Shown here in pieces: positions 19,622-29,644 of a DNA stretch of 64,000 nt. This DNA comes from Acidimicrobiia bacterium (GTDB taxonomy: Bacteria > Actinomycetota > Acidimicrobiia > Acidimicrobiales > Bin134): positions 634 to 64,633 of the forward strand of contig JAJDYU010000024.1 in the NCBI GenBank assembly GCA_022825005.1, given 5' to 3'. Each line of letters begins with the position of its first letter. Positions within the stretch are counted from its first letter, which is position 1. A program made the position numbers and the translations under genes. Below the pieces are notes generated by a model. It was not told the DNA's origin, ran no database searches, and saw nothing but the letters and a program-made list of their open reading frames with translations.

Positions 19622-20452
19622 TCAAGGCGCGTCGGGGAGGTTGGTGAAGCCGCGGCCGCTGGCTCTGCGGTACCAGCCCTGGGCGGTCATGGTGCCGCCG
19701 TCCACCGGGAGGGTCTGGCCGGTCATGAAACGGGACTGATCGGAGGCCAAGAACAGGGCCACCTCGGCGAAGTCGTCGGGGTTGCCGAAACGGCACAGGG
19801 GGATGTTCCGGGACACCTGCTCAAGGGGGCGATCCCGCAGCATCATGTCGAGGGGGGTTTGCAGGGTGACGGCCATGTCCGGGGCGATGCAGTTGACCCG
19901 GATGTTCTGTTCGGCCATCTCCAGGGCGACGGATCGAGTGAAGGCGATGATGGCGGCGTTGGATGCCGAATACACCGCTATTCCGGGCATGGCCCGCATG
20001 GCCTCCACCGTGGATACGTTCACAATGGTGCCCCCGCCCCCTTCCACCATGGTGGGCAGAAAAGCGCGGGTGCAGCGCAGCACATGGCGGAAGGTGATGT
20101 TGATCTGGGCATCCCAGTCGGCTTCTTCAGTTCGGATGAACGTGCCCCGGCCCGGCCGGTAGTCGCCCACGTTGTTGACCAGCACGTCCACTTGACCGTC
20201 GCCAAAGTCCAGGGCGGCCTGGTGGAACTGGGCCACCACATCGGCGTCGGTGATGTCGCCCACCACCGCGATGGCCCGCCCCCCGGCGTCGGTGATGTCG
20301 CCCACCGCGGCGTTGGCCAGGCCGGGATCGATGTCGTTGACCACCACCGCGGCACCGGCCTCGGCGAACAACCGGGAGATTCCTCCCCCGATTCCCCCGC
20401 CCCCACCGGTGACGGCCGCGATCTTGTTGGCTAATGGCGTTGCGCTCGGCAT
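19622..20452 (-). CDS. SDR-family oxidoreductase
   Basis: TGGGGGIG, LVNNVG, TGQTLPVDGG; YSASN in place of YxxxK. Confidence 0.9.
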   Translation of the reverse strand: MPSATPLANKIAAVTGGGGGIGGGISRLFAEAGAAVVVNDIDPGLANAAVGDITDAGGRAIAVVGDITDADVVAQFHQAALDFGDGQVDVLVNNVGDYRPGRGTFIRTEEADWDAQINITFRHVLRCTRAFLPTMVEGGGGTIVNVSTVEAMRAMPGIAVYSASNAAIIAFTRSVALEMAEQNIRVNCIAPDMAVTLQTPLDMMLRDRPLEQVSRNIPLCRFGNPDDFAEVALFLASDQSRFMTGQTLPVDGGTMTAQGWYRRASGRGFTNLPDAP

Positions 20453-20539
20453 GCGGGCTTTCTAGCGCATCCCGTGGTCGGTCTGTGAATTGGTCTGGCC
20501 CGACACGCGTGGCCTTGCCCCTGCGGTTGGCGATGCTCG

Positions 20540-21511
20540 CTACTCGCGTCGGCGGCGGGCGAGGTCTAGGTCTTGGTCGGCCAGTTCATTGGCGAGTTCC
20601 AGGTAGCGCCGCAGCCGACCAGGGTCCACGTTGCTGGCCACCGCGCAGTCAGGCTCTCCCTGGTGCCAGCAGTCATCGGCAAAGCGGCACTCATCGTCTA
20701 GGGCGTCGATCTCGGCGTAGGCCGCAGCCAACCCCTCCCACGCATCCCACGGCCCTACGGCTCGGATGCCGGGCGTGTCCACTATTGCCCCGCCACTAGG
20801 CAGCGCGATGAGCCGTCGGGCGATGGTGGTGTGACGGCCTCGGGCGTCACCAGCCCGTACTTCCTGGGTGGCCTGGACCTCGTCGCCCACCAACGCGTTT
20901 ATGAGCGTGGACTTGCCCACTCCCGATGGCCCCAGCAGCGCCAGAGTCCGTCCCCCTTCCAGCAGGGCGGTCAGGCTATCGAGTCCCTCGCCCCGCAGCG
21001 CAGCGGTGACCACCACCGTCGCCCCCGGCGCAAGAACGGCGGCCTTGGCCGCATCTCTATCGGGATGGCGCCGGAGGTCGGCTTTGGCCAAGATCACCGC
21101 CACCGCCGCGCCCGACTGCCAGCCCACCACGCAGAAGCGCTCTAGTTGGGCCGGATTGATGCGCCGGTCGAGGCCGTGGACCACTCCCACCACATCGGCG
21201 TTGGCCACCAGCGTCTGGGCCCGGGCGTGCTCGGCGGGGTCTCGCCTCACCACCAGCGTGCGCCGCTCCAGCACCTGCTCGACCACGGGGCTGTCGTCGG
21301 GGCCGGGCACGACGGTGATCCAGTCGCCGGTAACCGGGGCCACATCGCCTTGGGCTCGCAGGGAATCAGACGAGACCCGGAAATGGCCCTCGTCGGTCAT
21401 CACCTCGCACTCTCCCCGATCCACCTGCACCACCCGACCCAGCGGTCCCTGGTGGTGCTCGGCCAACTCCCGCCACCGCTGATCGACGCCCAAGGCCTCC
21501 AGCGGCGTCAT
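20540..21511 (-). CDS. rsgA: Ribosome small subunit-dependent GTPase A
   Basis: Circularly permuted GTPase: KADL, GPSGVGKSTLIN, GRHTT, DTPGIR, CRFADDCWHQGEPDCAV. Confidence 0.93.
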   Translation of the reverse strand: MTPLEALGVDQRWRELAEHHQGPLGRVVQVDRGECEVMTDEGHFRVSSDSLRAQGDVAPVTGDWITVVPGPDDSPVVEQVLERRTLVVRRDPAEHARAQTLVANADVVGVVHGLDRRINPAQLERFCVVGWQSGAAVAVILAKADLRRHPDRDAAKAAVLAPGATVVVTAALRGEGLDSLTALLEGGRTLALLGPSGVGKSTLINALVGDEVQATQEVRAGDARGRHTTIARRLIALPSGGAIVDTPGIRAVGPWDAWEGLAAAYAEIDALDDECRFADDCWHQGEPDCAVASNVDPGRLRRYLELANELADQDLDLARRRRE

Positions 21512-21653
21512 GAGACGAAGATCGGCACGATTTCCATAATCTGGCTCCAAGTAGTGGGCCTTTTGTGGCCCACGTGGCGGAAAATCACAATAGCCTTAGT
21601 TCCACACAGCCGGATGATGAACAGCCGGGCCACAAACTGATCGGAAGGCACAA

Positions 21654-23444
21654 ATGAGCGAATCCGAAGCAGCCGCCTCAGCCCCGCGGCCAGCGGCCAT
21701 CTCACCGTTCCAAGCGATCTCCGCTGGCATCGTGGCCGCCGGCGGAGCGTTGGGCTTGAGCGAGATCCTGTCGGGGCTGAGCCGCAAGATTCCGTCGCTG
21801 GTGGTCTCGGTGGCCGAGGAGATCGTGGACATCACCCCCGGCTTCATCGCCCGCTGGTCCATCGACACCCTGGGCAGCGCGCAGAAGCCGGCGCTGGTGT
21901 GGGGCATCGTGATCGTGTCGATTCTGCTGGGTGCGGTGCTGGGTTGGCCTTCTCGCAAGCGCTGGTGGGTGATGCCCGCTGGTCTTGTGGTTTTCGCCAT
22001 TGTCGGCGGGTGGGCCGCGGCCCGCAACCCGCTGTCCAGCGATGGTTTGGGATGGATGTCGGGTCTGCTGTCGGGGGCATTCGGCATCGCGTTGTTCTTG
22101 AGCCTTTATGTGCTGGCGGTGGCAGACGCATCTTCGGACGAAGCCGACCCTGAGGCCGGTGCCGCGGCCGAAGGCCGACGGGTGCCGATGGTCGGCCGGG
22201 GCCGGTTCAACGACCGGCGCCGATTCGTCGGGGCAGTGGGGATCATGGCCGGGGCATCGTTGGCCGGGGGGCTTCTGGGCCGATGGCTGCGGCGGCGCGA
22301 CACCGTAGAGGGGGCCCGGAAGGGAGTGGCCGAAGCTCTCCAGGGCCGCAGCATCGCCACTCCCACCGCTAGGCCCACGCCGAGGGCCACCGAGTCGGCC
22401 TCGGAACCGGATACTTCGGCCGACGGCTCTGCCACGGCGACGCCAGAGGCCGCCGGAGCAGATCCCACCGCGGAGGCGACCCCCGATGCCACCGCTGAGC
22501 CCACTCCCTCGGTCACCGCCGAGCCAGTGCGGGAGCCCAACTTTGACCACATCGCCGGGATCGCTCCGCTCATCACTCCCAACGAGGACTTCTACCTGAT
22601 CGACACCGCCCTCTCGTATCCCCAGGTGGACCCGGCGGACTGGTCGCTGCAGATTCACGGCATGGTGGACCGGGAGGTGGAGATCAGCTTCGACGAACTG
22701 CTCGACCTGGGCCTGGTTCGAGAGCAGGTGACCCTGTCGTGTGTGTCCAACCGCGTGGGCGGACGCCTGGTGGGCAACGCCGAGTGGGTGGGGGTGCCGC
22801 TGGCCACCGTGTTAGACCAGGCAGGGGTGCAGCCGGGGGCCACGCAAATTGTGGGCCGTTCGATTGACCGGTGGACCGCGGGCTTCCCCACCGAGGTGGC
22901 GCTCGACGGTCGAGTGGCCATGGTGGCCGTGCAGATGAACGGCGAGCCGCTACCCATCTCCCACGGCTTCCCCGCCCGGCTGGTGGTGGCTGGGTTGTAC
23001 GGCTACGTGTCGGCCACCAAGTGGCTTTCCGACATCGAGCTCACTACCTGGGAGGCGTTCAACGGCTACTGGATTCCCCGCGGCTGGTCGAAGGAGGGGC
23101 CGATCAAGACCCAGTCCCGCATCGACGTGCCCCGCCGGGACTCCACTATCGACCCCGGTCCCACCGCCATTGCCGGCGTGGCCTGGGCCCCTAGCCGGGC
23201 GATCGAAAAGGTAGAGGTGCAGGTGGACGACGAGGATTGGGTAGAGGCCGAGCTCAGCCGGGAGACCACCATCAACTCATGGCGGCAGTGGATGGTTACC
23301 TGGAACGCCACCCCCGGCGAGCACCAAGTGCGGGTACGGGCCACCGACGGCACCAACACCACCCAAACCTCCGAGATCAGCGACCCCGCCCCCGACGGGG
23401 CTACGGGCTGGCACACCATCCGGGTGAGGGCTGACGAAGCCTGA
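21654..23444 (+). CDS. Membrane-bound sulfite-oxidase-family molybdopterin oxidoreductase
   Basis: TM region, internal DRRRF, Pro/Thr/Ala/Glu linker, TLSCVSN, HGFPARLVVAGLYGYVSATKW. Confidence 0.92.
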   Translation: MSESEAAASAPRPAAISPFQAISAGIVAAGGALGLSEILSGLSRKIPSLVVSVAEEIVDITPGFIARWSIDTLGSAQKPALVWGIVIVSILLGAVLGWPSRKRWWVMPAGLVVFAIVGGWAAARNPLSSDGLGWMSGLLSGAFGIALFLSLYVLAVADASSDEADPEAGAAAEGRRVPMVGRGRFNDRRRFVGAVGIMAGASLAGGLLGRWLRRRDTVEGARKGVAEALQGRSIATPTARPTPRATESASEPDTSADGSATATPEAAGADPTAEATPDATAEPTPSVTAEPVREPNFDHIAGIAPLITPNEDFYLIDTALSYPQVDPADWSLQIHGMVDREVEISFDELLDLGLVREQVTLSCVSNRVGGRLVGNAEWVGVPLATVLDQAGVQPGATQIVGRSIDRWTAGFPTEVALDGRVAMVAVQMNGEPLPISHGFPARLVVAGLYGYVSATKWLSDIELTTWEAFNGYWIPRGWSKEGPIKTQSRIDVPRRDSTIDPGPTAIAGVAWAPSRAIEKVEVQVDDEDWVEAELSRETTINSWRQWMVTWNATPGEHQVRVRATDGTNTTQTSEISDPAPDGATGWHTIRVRADEA

Positions 23445-23517
23445 TTCCCCCCTGTGCCTTGGGGGAGTGAACCCAGCCGCATTCCCCCCTGTGCCTTGGG
23501 GGAGTGAACCCAGCCGC
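23444..23517. repeat. Perfect tandem duplication of a 37-bp hairpin-containing unit
   Basis: ATTCCCCCCTGTGCCTTGGGGGAGTGAACCCAGCCGC at 23444-23480 and 23481-23517. Confidence 0.95.
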
Positions 23518-23534
23518 CAGTAGATTTCTGGCAG

Positions 23535-24725
23535 ATGGACTTTGATCTCACCCCTTCTGAGAGGGACTTCCGCGACGAGGTGCGCACGTGGCTGGAGGAG
23601 CACCTGGTGGGGGACTTCGCCGGCCTGAGGGGCCGGGGCGGCATGGGCCAGGAGGACATTCCCGCCGAACAGCAGATCGCCTGGGAGCGCGAGCTAGCCA
23701 GCGGCGGCTGGCTGGGAATCGATTTTCCGGCTCATTTGGGTGGCCGGGAGTGCAGCTTGTCGGAGCAGGTGCTGTTCCACCAGACATATGTGGAGGCTCG
23801 GGCGCCGGGGCGGCTGCCCAACATGGGGGTCACGCTGTTGGGGCCGACGTTGGTGGCCTACGGCACGCCCGAGCAGCAGGAGCGGTTTGTGCCCCCGATT
23901 TTGTCGGGCGATGAGTTCTGGTGCCAGGGCTATTCCGAACCCAACGCCGGTTCGGATTTGGCCAATGTGGGCACCAAAGCGATGCTCGACGGTGATCGCT
24001 GGGTGGTGAACGGCCAGAAGATCTGGACATCGCTGGCCCAGTATTCCGACTGGTGTTTCGTGGTGTGCCGCACCGACCCCGACTCTGACCGCCACGCCGG
24101 GCTCTCCTACCTGCTGGTACCGATGGACCAGCCGGGGATCGAGATCCGCCCCATCGTCCAGATCACCGGCGGAACCGAGTTCAACGAGGTCTTCTTCGAC
24201 GATGCGGTGACCGACGCCGATCTGGTGGTGGGGGAAGTGGGCCGGGGTTGGGAGGTGGCCATGGGCACGCTGGCCTTCGAGCGGGGGGCGTCCACGCTGG
24301 GCCAGCAGACCTACTTCCGCCAAGAGCTGGACGCCCTGTTGGCCGAAGCTCGGGCCAACGGCACTGCCGGTGATCTCGTGGTCCGCCAGGAGCTGGCCCA
24401 GGCCTACGCCACGCTGGAGATCATGCGCTACAACAACCTGCGGATGCTCACCGTGGTTGACGCGGGCGGGGTGCCGGGGTCGGAGATGTCCATTGGCAAG
24501 CTGTTGTGGTCCAACTGGCACCGCTCGCTGGGCGAGCTGATGGTGGGGGTGCGAGGGGCGGATGCGCTGGCGGTTGCTGTCGACGATGGCGAGGACTACT
24601 CGCTGGACTCCTGGCAGCGCACGTTCCTGTACAGCAGATCCCACACCATATATGCCGGATCGAACGAGATTCAGCGGAACATCATCGGCGAGCGGGTTCT
24701 CGGATTGCCCCGAGAGCCGCGATGA
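23535..24725 (+). CDS. Acyl-CoA dehydrogenase (FadE30/IpdE1-like)
   Basis: WCQGYSEPNAGSDLA, NGQKIWTS, EFNEVFFD, TIYAGSNEIQRNIIGERVLGLPREP. Confidence 0.93.
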   Translation: MDFDLTPSERDFRDEVRTWLEEHLVGDFAGLRGRGGMGQEDIPAEQQIAWERELASGGWLGIDFPAHLGGRECSLSEQVLFHQTYVEARAPGRLPNMGVTLLGPTLVAYGTPEQQERFVPPILSGDEFWCQGYSEPNAGSDLANVGTKAMLDGDRWVVNGQKIWTSLAQYSDWCFVVCRTDPDSDRHAGLSYLLVPMDQPGIEIRPIVQITGGTEFNEVFFDDAVTDADLVVGEVGRGWEVAMGTLAFERGASTLGQQTYFRQELDALLAEARANGTAGDLVVRQELAQAYATLEIMRYNNLRMLTVVDAGGVPGSEMSIGKLLWSNWHRSLGELMVGVRGADALAVAVDDGEDYSLDSWQRTFLYSRSHTIYAGSNEIQRNIIGERVLGLPREPR

Positions 24726-24752
24726 TTTCTACAAGGGAAACAAGGAGCAGCC

Positions 24753-25910
24753 ATGGCTGAGGCATACATCATCGACGCGGTCCGCACTCCGGTGGGACGA
24801 CGGGGCGGCAGCCTCTCGGAGATCCACCCGGCGGATCTGGGCGCCCATCCCATTCTCGGGCTTCTCGATCGCACCGGTGTCGACCCGGCTGCGGTCGACG
24901 ATGTGATGTATGGCTGTGTGGACGCTCTTGGCCCCCAAGCCGGCGACATCGCCCGCACCGCTTGGCTGGCTGCCGGACTGCCCGAGCATGTGCCCGGTAC
25001 CACCATCGACCGCCAGTGCGGATCGGCCCAGCAGGCCGTCCACTTCGCAGCCCAGGCGGTGATGGCCGGCGTTAACGACATGGTGGTGGCCGGCGGGGTG
25101 CAGAACATGAGCATGATCCCCATCGGCGCGGCCATGACCGTTGCCGAGCATGTGGGGGTGACTGATCCCGACCCATTCACCGGCTCCGACGGCTGGGTGG
25201 ACCGCTACGGCACCCAGGAAGTGTCGCAGTTCCGGGGGGCCGAGATGATCGCCGAGCACTGGGACATCAGCCGGGAGCAGATGGAGGAGTTCGCGCTGGC
25301 CAGCCACGAGCGGGCCGCCACCGCCACCGACGAGGGCCGGTTCCAAAACGAGATCCTTCCCCTGGCCGGCTTGGAGTTTGACGAGGGCATTCGCCGGGGG
25401 ACCACGCTGGAGAAGATGGCCGGCTTGTCCACCCTGATCGAGGGCGGGCGGCTGACCGCGGCGGTGTCCAGCCAGATCTCCGACGCGGGCTGCGCCATGT
25501 TGATCTGCGGGGAACAGGCGGTGGCCGATCACGGATTGAAACCCCGGGCCCGTTTCCACCACCTGTCGGTGCGGGGTGCCGACCCCATCTACATGCTCAC
25601 CGGCCCCATCCCGGCCACCGAGTACGCCTTGGCCCGAACCGGCATGACCATCGACGACATCGACCTGTTCGAGTGCAATGAGGCCTTCGCCTCGGTGGTA
25701 CTGGCCTGGATGGGCGAGCACGACGTGCCCCACGAGAAGGTCAACGTAAACGGCGGGGCCATCGCTTTGGGCCATCCGCTGGGAGCTACTGGGGCCCGGC
25801 TCATGACCACCCTGTTGAACGAGCTGGAGCGCACCGGCGGCCGATACGGGCTGCAAACCATGTGCGAGGGCGGCGGCCAAGCCAACGTCACCATCATCGA
25901 GCGTTTGTAG
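24753..25910 (+). CDS. Acetyl-CoA C-acyltransferase (FadA6-like thiolase)
   Basis: DRQCGSAQQA, NEAFA, GGAIALGHPLGATG, MCEGGG. Confidence 0.94.
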   Translation: MAEAYIIDAVRTPVGRRGGSLSEIHPADLGAHPILGLLDRTGVDPAAVDDVMYGCVDALGPQAGDIARTAWLAAGLPEHVPGTTIDRQCGSAQQAVHFAAQAVMAGVNDMVVAGGVQNMSMIPIGAAMTVAEHVGVTDPDPFTGSDGWVDRYGTQEVSQFRGAEMIAEHWDISREQMEEFALASHERAATATDEGRFQNEILPLAGLEFDEGIRRGTTLEKMAGLSTLIEGGRLTAAVSSQISDAGCAMLICGEQAVADHGLKPRARFHHLSVRGADPIYMLTGPIPATEYALARTGMTIDDIDLFECNEAFASVVLAWMGEHDVPHEKVNVNGGAIALGHPLGATGARLMTTLLNELERTGGRYGLQTMCEGGGQANVTIIERL

Positions 25911-25920
25911 CAGCAGCGAC

Positions 25921-26658
25921 ATGACCGAGTTCGCTGACAAGGTGGTGATCGTCACCGGCGCTGCTCGGGGGATCGGCCGGGCCACCGCGGCCCAATTTGC
26001 CAACGCCGGAGCAGTGGTGGTGGGTGCCGATCGCGATGTTGATGCCCTGGAAGCGGCGGAGGGCCTGTCGCTTCGGCTGGGCGGCGACGTGGGCGACACC
26101 CATGAAGCCCATGCGATCATCGACGACACTCTGGATGCGTTCGGCCGACTCGATGTGCTGGTGAACAATGCCGGGGTCTGGGTGCTCAAACCCACCTCCG
26201 AGATCACCCCCGACGAGTGGGACGACCAGCTCTCCACCAACCTGCGCTCGTTCTTCCTGCTGATCCGCCGGGCCTATCCCGCGCTGGCCGAGGCTGGTGG
26301 CAGCGTGGTGAACGTGGCTTCCATCGCCGCCCTGCGGTTCACCACCCCCCATGTGGCTTACGCCTCGGCCAAGGCCGGGGTGATCGCCATGACCAGAGAC
26401 TTGGCCGCCGAATACGCCCCCAACGTGCGAGTCAACGCAGTGGCCCCCGGCCCCATCGACACCATGCACCTCACCGCCTCGATGACTCCCGAGGAAAAGG
26501 ACGACTTCGGCCGCCGCTACCCGCTGGGCCGCATGGGCGAGCCCGAAGACGTGGCCCACGCCATCTTCTTCCTCGCTTCCCCCAAAGCCGCCTACATCAC
26601 CGGCGCCACCCTCCCCGTGACCGGAGGCACCGAACTCGGCATCCCCAGCCTGTTTTAG
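25921..26658 (+). CDS. SDR-family oxidoreductase
   Basis: TGAARGIG, NNAG, YASAK. Confidence 0.93.
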   Translation: MTEFADKVVIVTGAARGIGRATAAQFANAGAVVVGADRDVDALEAAEGLSLRLGGDVGDTHEAHAIIDDTLDAFGRLDVLVNNAGVWVLKPTSEITPDEWDDQLSTNLRSFFLLIRRAYPALAEAGGSVVNVASIAALRFTTPHVAYASAKAGVIAMTRDLAAEYAPNVRVNAVAPGPIDTMHLTASMTPEEKDDFGRRYPLGRMGEPEDVAHAIFFLASPKAAYITGATLPVTGGTELGIPSLF

Positions 26659-26661
26659 CGG

Positions 26662-27717
26662 CTAGCCCTCGATGCGGTCGATGAGGCCCCAGGCCAGGGC
26701 GGTGGCGGTGTCGATCTCGGTGTTGGTGAGGGCGAAGTAGCACAGGCGCTGGCGGCCGATGCGCCGGGCGATGCTCACGGTGCCGCCTGCGCCGGGCACC
26801 AGGCCCATGGCCACCTCGGGCAGGCGAAAGGTGGTGTCGGGGTGGGCACACACGTCGTGGGCGTAGGCGGGCAGTTCCACGCCCGCCCCCACGCAGGTGC
26901 CGTGGACCTTCACCCGGGTCTTGGCCGCCAGCCGGTCGATCCAGAAGGCAGCGCTGCGCACCGAGCGGACCCGATGGGCGGTGCCGGGGTCGGGGGTGGT
27001 GCCGAACTCGGCCAGGTCGCCCCCGGAGCAGAACGTGGGCCCGGCGCCGTCGAGCACGATGCCGTCCAGGCTGGGGTCGGCCCACGCGGCCCGGAGCTGC
27101 TCGACCAGCCCGTCGCGCATCTCGGCGCTGAAGGCGTTGTGGCGCTCGGGCCGGTTCAGGGTGAGCCGCAGGGTGGAATCAGCGCGCTCGGCCCGCACAG
27201 CGGGCTCGGGGTTGTTGGGAACTAGCCGAGCAGGCTGGCTGGCCAGCCACCCCTGGAACTGGGGGCTGGACTGGAGGGTGGAGTAGGCCAGCGACTCAGC
27301 CACCAGCCCATCGGCGGTAGTTCGGCCTTCGCTCAGACGCAGCAGTTGCACCAGAGCCACCGCCGCGGCCGGCGATGCTGTGGCTGCGGCGGCAACCTGC
27401 TCGATTTCGCCGGCGGGCACAGCCACCGGGACAGGGAGGTAGCCGGGGGCCAGCACGATATCGAAGGCGGCGCAGTGCTCGGCCAGCTTGGCAGCGTCGG
27501 CGGAGTCGAGGTCGGTTGGCACGACGGCGGCCATCACTGCCGGGGTGCCCTTGACCAGATCGGCCGTCTCTTCGTCAGGCCATTGGGAGATGTCGGCGGC
27601 GGTGAGCTCAACTAGGACCACCGGGCAGTCAGCCAGACCCAAGTCCTCCCCGGCATAGGGGTGGGACAGGAGCTCGAGGGCCTCAGCCAGGCCCGTGGTC
27701 TGGATTGGCGCAGCCAT
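26662..27717 (-). CDS. Enoyl-CoA hydratase/isomerase family protein with N-terminal extension
   Basis: LNRPERHNAF, FCSGGDL, GAGVE, LPEVAMGLVPGAGG. Confidence 0.88.
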   Translation of the reverse strand: MAAPIQTTGLAEALELLSHPYAGEDLGLADCPVVLVELTAADISQWPDEETADLVKGTPAVMAAVVPTDLDSADAAKLAEHCAAFDIVLAPGYLPVPVAVPAGEIEQVAAAATASPAAAVALVQLLRLSEGRTTADGLVAESLAYSTLQSSPQFQGWLASQPARLVPNNPEPAVRAERADSTLRLTLNRPERHNAFSAEMRDGLVEQLRAAWADPSLDGIVLDGAGPTFCSGGDLAEFGTTPDPGTAHRVRSVRSAAFWIDRLAAKTRVKVHGTCVGAGVELPAYAHDVCAHPDTTFRLPEVAMGLVPGAGGTVSIARRIGRQRLCYFALTNTEIDTATALAWGLIDRIEG

Positions 27718-27750
27718 TACTGAGTGACCGCAGACTAGCGCGGGAGGGAA

Positions 27751-29250
27751 TCAGCGGCTTTCGGCGAGCTCTTCGCGCAGGATCCGGCGCAGGAGCTTGC
27801 CGGTCTCGTTGTAGGGCAGCTCATCACGCACCTCGATGCGATCAGGGGTGCGCGACGACCGCATCTGGGACTTCACGAACTCTTGGAGCTCGGCGATGTC
27901 AACGGATTGACCCTTGGCCGGTACCACAACCGCGGCCACCGCTTCGCCCCACTGCTCGTCGGGCACGCCGACGGCGGCAGCGTCGGCCACCGTCGGGTGG
28001 CTCAACAGCACGTCTTCGATCTCGCCGGGGGAGATGTTCTCGCCGCCCCGCACGATGATGTCGTCGATGCGGCCTTCCACGAACAGATAGCCGTCGGCAT
28101 CGAGCGAGCCTCCGTCGTTGGTGGGGAACCAGCCGTCGGGGGTCACCCGGGAGTTTCGTCCCAGGTACTCGCCCGATACCTGTTCGCCCCGCACCCAGAT
28201 CTCCCCGGAGGTGCCGGTGGCAACCGGGTTGCCCTCCTCGTCGCGGATGTCCACCTCGATGGCGGGCAGCGGCCGTCCTGCCGAGCCGAGCCGGGCCCGC
28301 ACGGCGGGATCGTCGGAGCGATGGGCCTCGCGGTGTTCCTCGGGGCCGAGCACCGCCACGGTGGAGCTGGTCTCGGTCAGGCCGTAGGCGTTCACGAAGT
28401 TAGCCCAGGGCAGCACGTCGAGGGCCCGGGCGATGACCGGAGCGGGCATCTTGCCGCCGCCATAGGAGAGTGCCCGCAGCGAGGGGAGCCCGCCTCCGAT
28501 TTCCTCCATATGGTCCACGATGCGGGCCAGCATGGTGGGCACCACCATGGCGTGGGTGACCCCCTCGTCCCGCACCAGGTTCACCCAGTCGGCGGGGTCG
28601 AAGTTGGGCAGTTGCACGATGCGGCGCCCGGCGTACACCGAGCTCAAGATCGCGGCCATGCCAGCCACGTGGTAGGGCGGCACCGACACCAGGGTGGCCT
28701 CGTCTTCGGCCGCCCCCATAAATTCCACCGAGCCGATGATGTACGACACCAGATGCCGGTGGCGCAGCACCGCGGCCTTGGGGGCCCCCGTGGTGCCGCT
28801 GGTGTAGAGGAGGATGGCGATCTCCTCGGGATCCACGTTCCAATCGCTGTCGGGCGCGGTTCCCTCGGCCCACTGGGCCAAGAAGTCGGGGCGAACAACA
28901 GCTCTCACGCCGTCGAGGTCGCCGATGGCGGCCACCGCGTCGTCGTTGCACACCGTGACCGACGGAGCGACCTCGGCGGCCAAGTGGCGCAGCTCGGGTA
29001 CGGTCAGGCGGTAGTTGAGGGGGACGAACGGCACCCCGGCCCAGGCCGAGCCGAACAGGGCGATAGGCAGGGCCTCGCTGCTGACGTCCACCATGCTGAC
29101 CCGGTCGATCTCCGCCTCCCGGAAGCGCATGGCGGTGGCCCCGGCCCGCTGGAAGAGCTGCTCGTAGGTGAGACCCCGCCCTTGGGATCCAACCGCGGTG
29201 CGGTCGCCGAACCCGCTGGAGGCCATCTCCAGCAGCATCATCAGATTCAT
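27751..29250 (-). CDS. Acyl-CoA synthetase (class I adenylate-forming)
   Basis: YTSGTTGAPK, YGLTE, GRIDDIIVRGGENI, LPYNETGKL. Confidence 0.94.
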   Translation of the reverse strand: MNLMMLLEMASSGFGDRTAVGSQGRGLTYEQLFQRAGATAMRFREAEIDRVSMVDVSSEALPIALFGSAWAGVPFVPLNYRLTVPELRHLAAEVAPSVTVCNDDAVAAIGDLDGVRAVVRPDFLAQWAEGTAPDSDWNVDPEEIAILLYTSGTTGAPKAAVLRHRHLVSYIIGSVEFMGAAEDEATLVSVPPYHVAGMAAILSSVYAGRRIVQLPNFDPADWVNLVRDEGVTHAMVVPTMLARIVDHMEEIGGGLPSLRALSYGGGKMPAPVIARALDVLPWANFVNAYGLTETSSTVAVLGPEEHREAHRSDDPAVRARLGSAGRPLPAIEVDIRDEEGNPVATGTSGEIWVRGEQVSGEYLGRNSRVTPDGWFPTNDGGSLDADGYLFVEGRIDDIIVRGGENISPGEIEDVLLSHPTVADAAAVGVPDEQWGEAVAAVVVPAKGQSVDIAELQEFVKSQMRSSRTPDRIEVRDELPYNETGKLLRRILREELAESR

Positions 29251-29273
29251 GGGGCTATGTCGCTATGGCCTGA

Positions 29274-29579
29274 CTAGTCGGAGGCGGGAAGGGGCTTGGC
29301 CTCTTTCAGGCTGAGGGCGGTGCCTCCCAGCGCCAAAGAGCCGTCTCCCGGTTTGGTGCACAGAACCTCGAGGGACTCGTCTTCGTTCACATAGCGCTTG
29401 CCCAGCGCGGTGCCGTCGCCAGCACCGGCGGCAACCTCGCCATTGCGCTCCGCGTCGGCCGGATCGGCCATCGGCGCGCCGCCACAAGTGATGTCCACGT
29501 CGCCGCTTGGTGCTTTGACCACGATGAGCTCGGTATCGCATACCGAGCTCTTGAGGCGGCTACCCGGTTTCAGGTCCAT
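29274..29579 (-). CDS. Small conserved hypothetical protein with two desulforedoxin-like halves
   Basis: ATG 29579 after a GGAGGT RBS; SVCDTE..TCGGAPM and KRYV..EVLCTKPGDG. Confidence 0.75.
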   Translation of the reverse strand: MDLKPGSRLKSSVCDTELIVVKAPSGDVDITCGGAPMADPADAERNGEVAAGAGDGTALGKRYVNEDESLEVLCTKPGDGSLALGGTALSLKEAKPLPASD

Positions 29580-29644
29580 CCCTACCTCCCGAAAGATGTC
29601 CTCCAATCTTTTCCCGTCAGACTCAACAGGTACAAACTGCGTTA

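Noticed and set aside
17097-20452. Island integrated at tRNA-Ala
   Set aside because: I saw no duplicate of the tRNA-Ala 3' end and no integrase in the window
23444-23517. 37-bp repeat as a CRISPR array
   Set aside because: Only two adjacent units, no spacer and no cas genes
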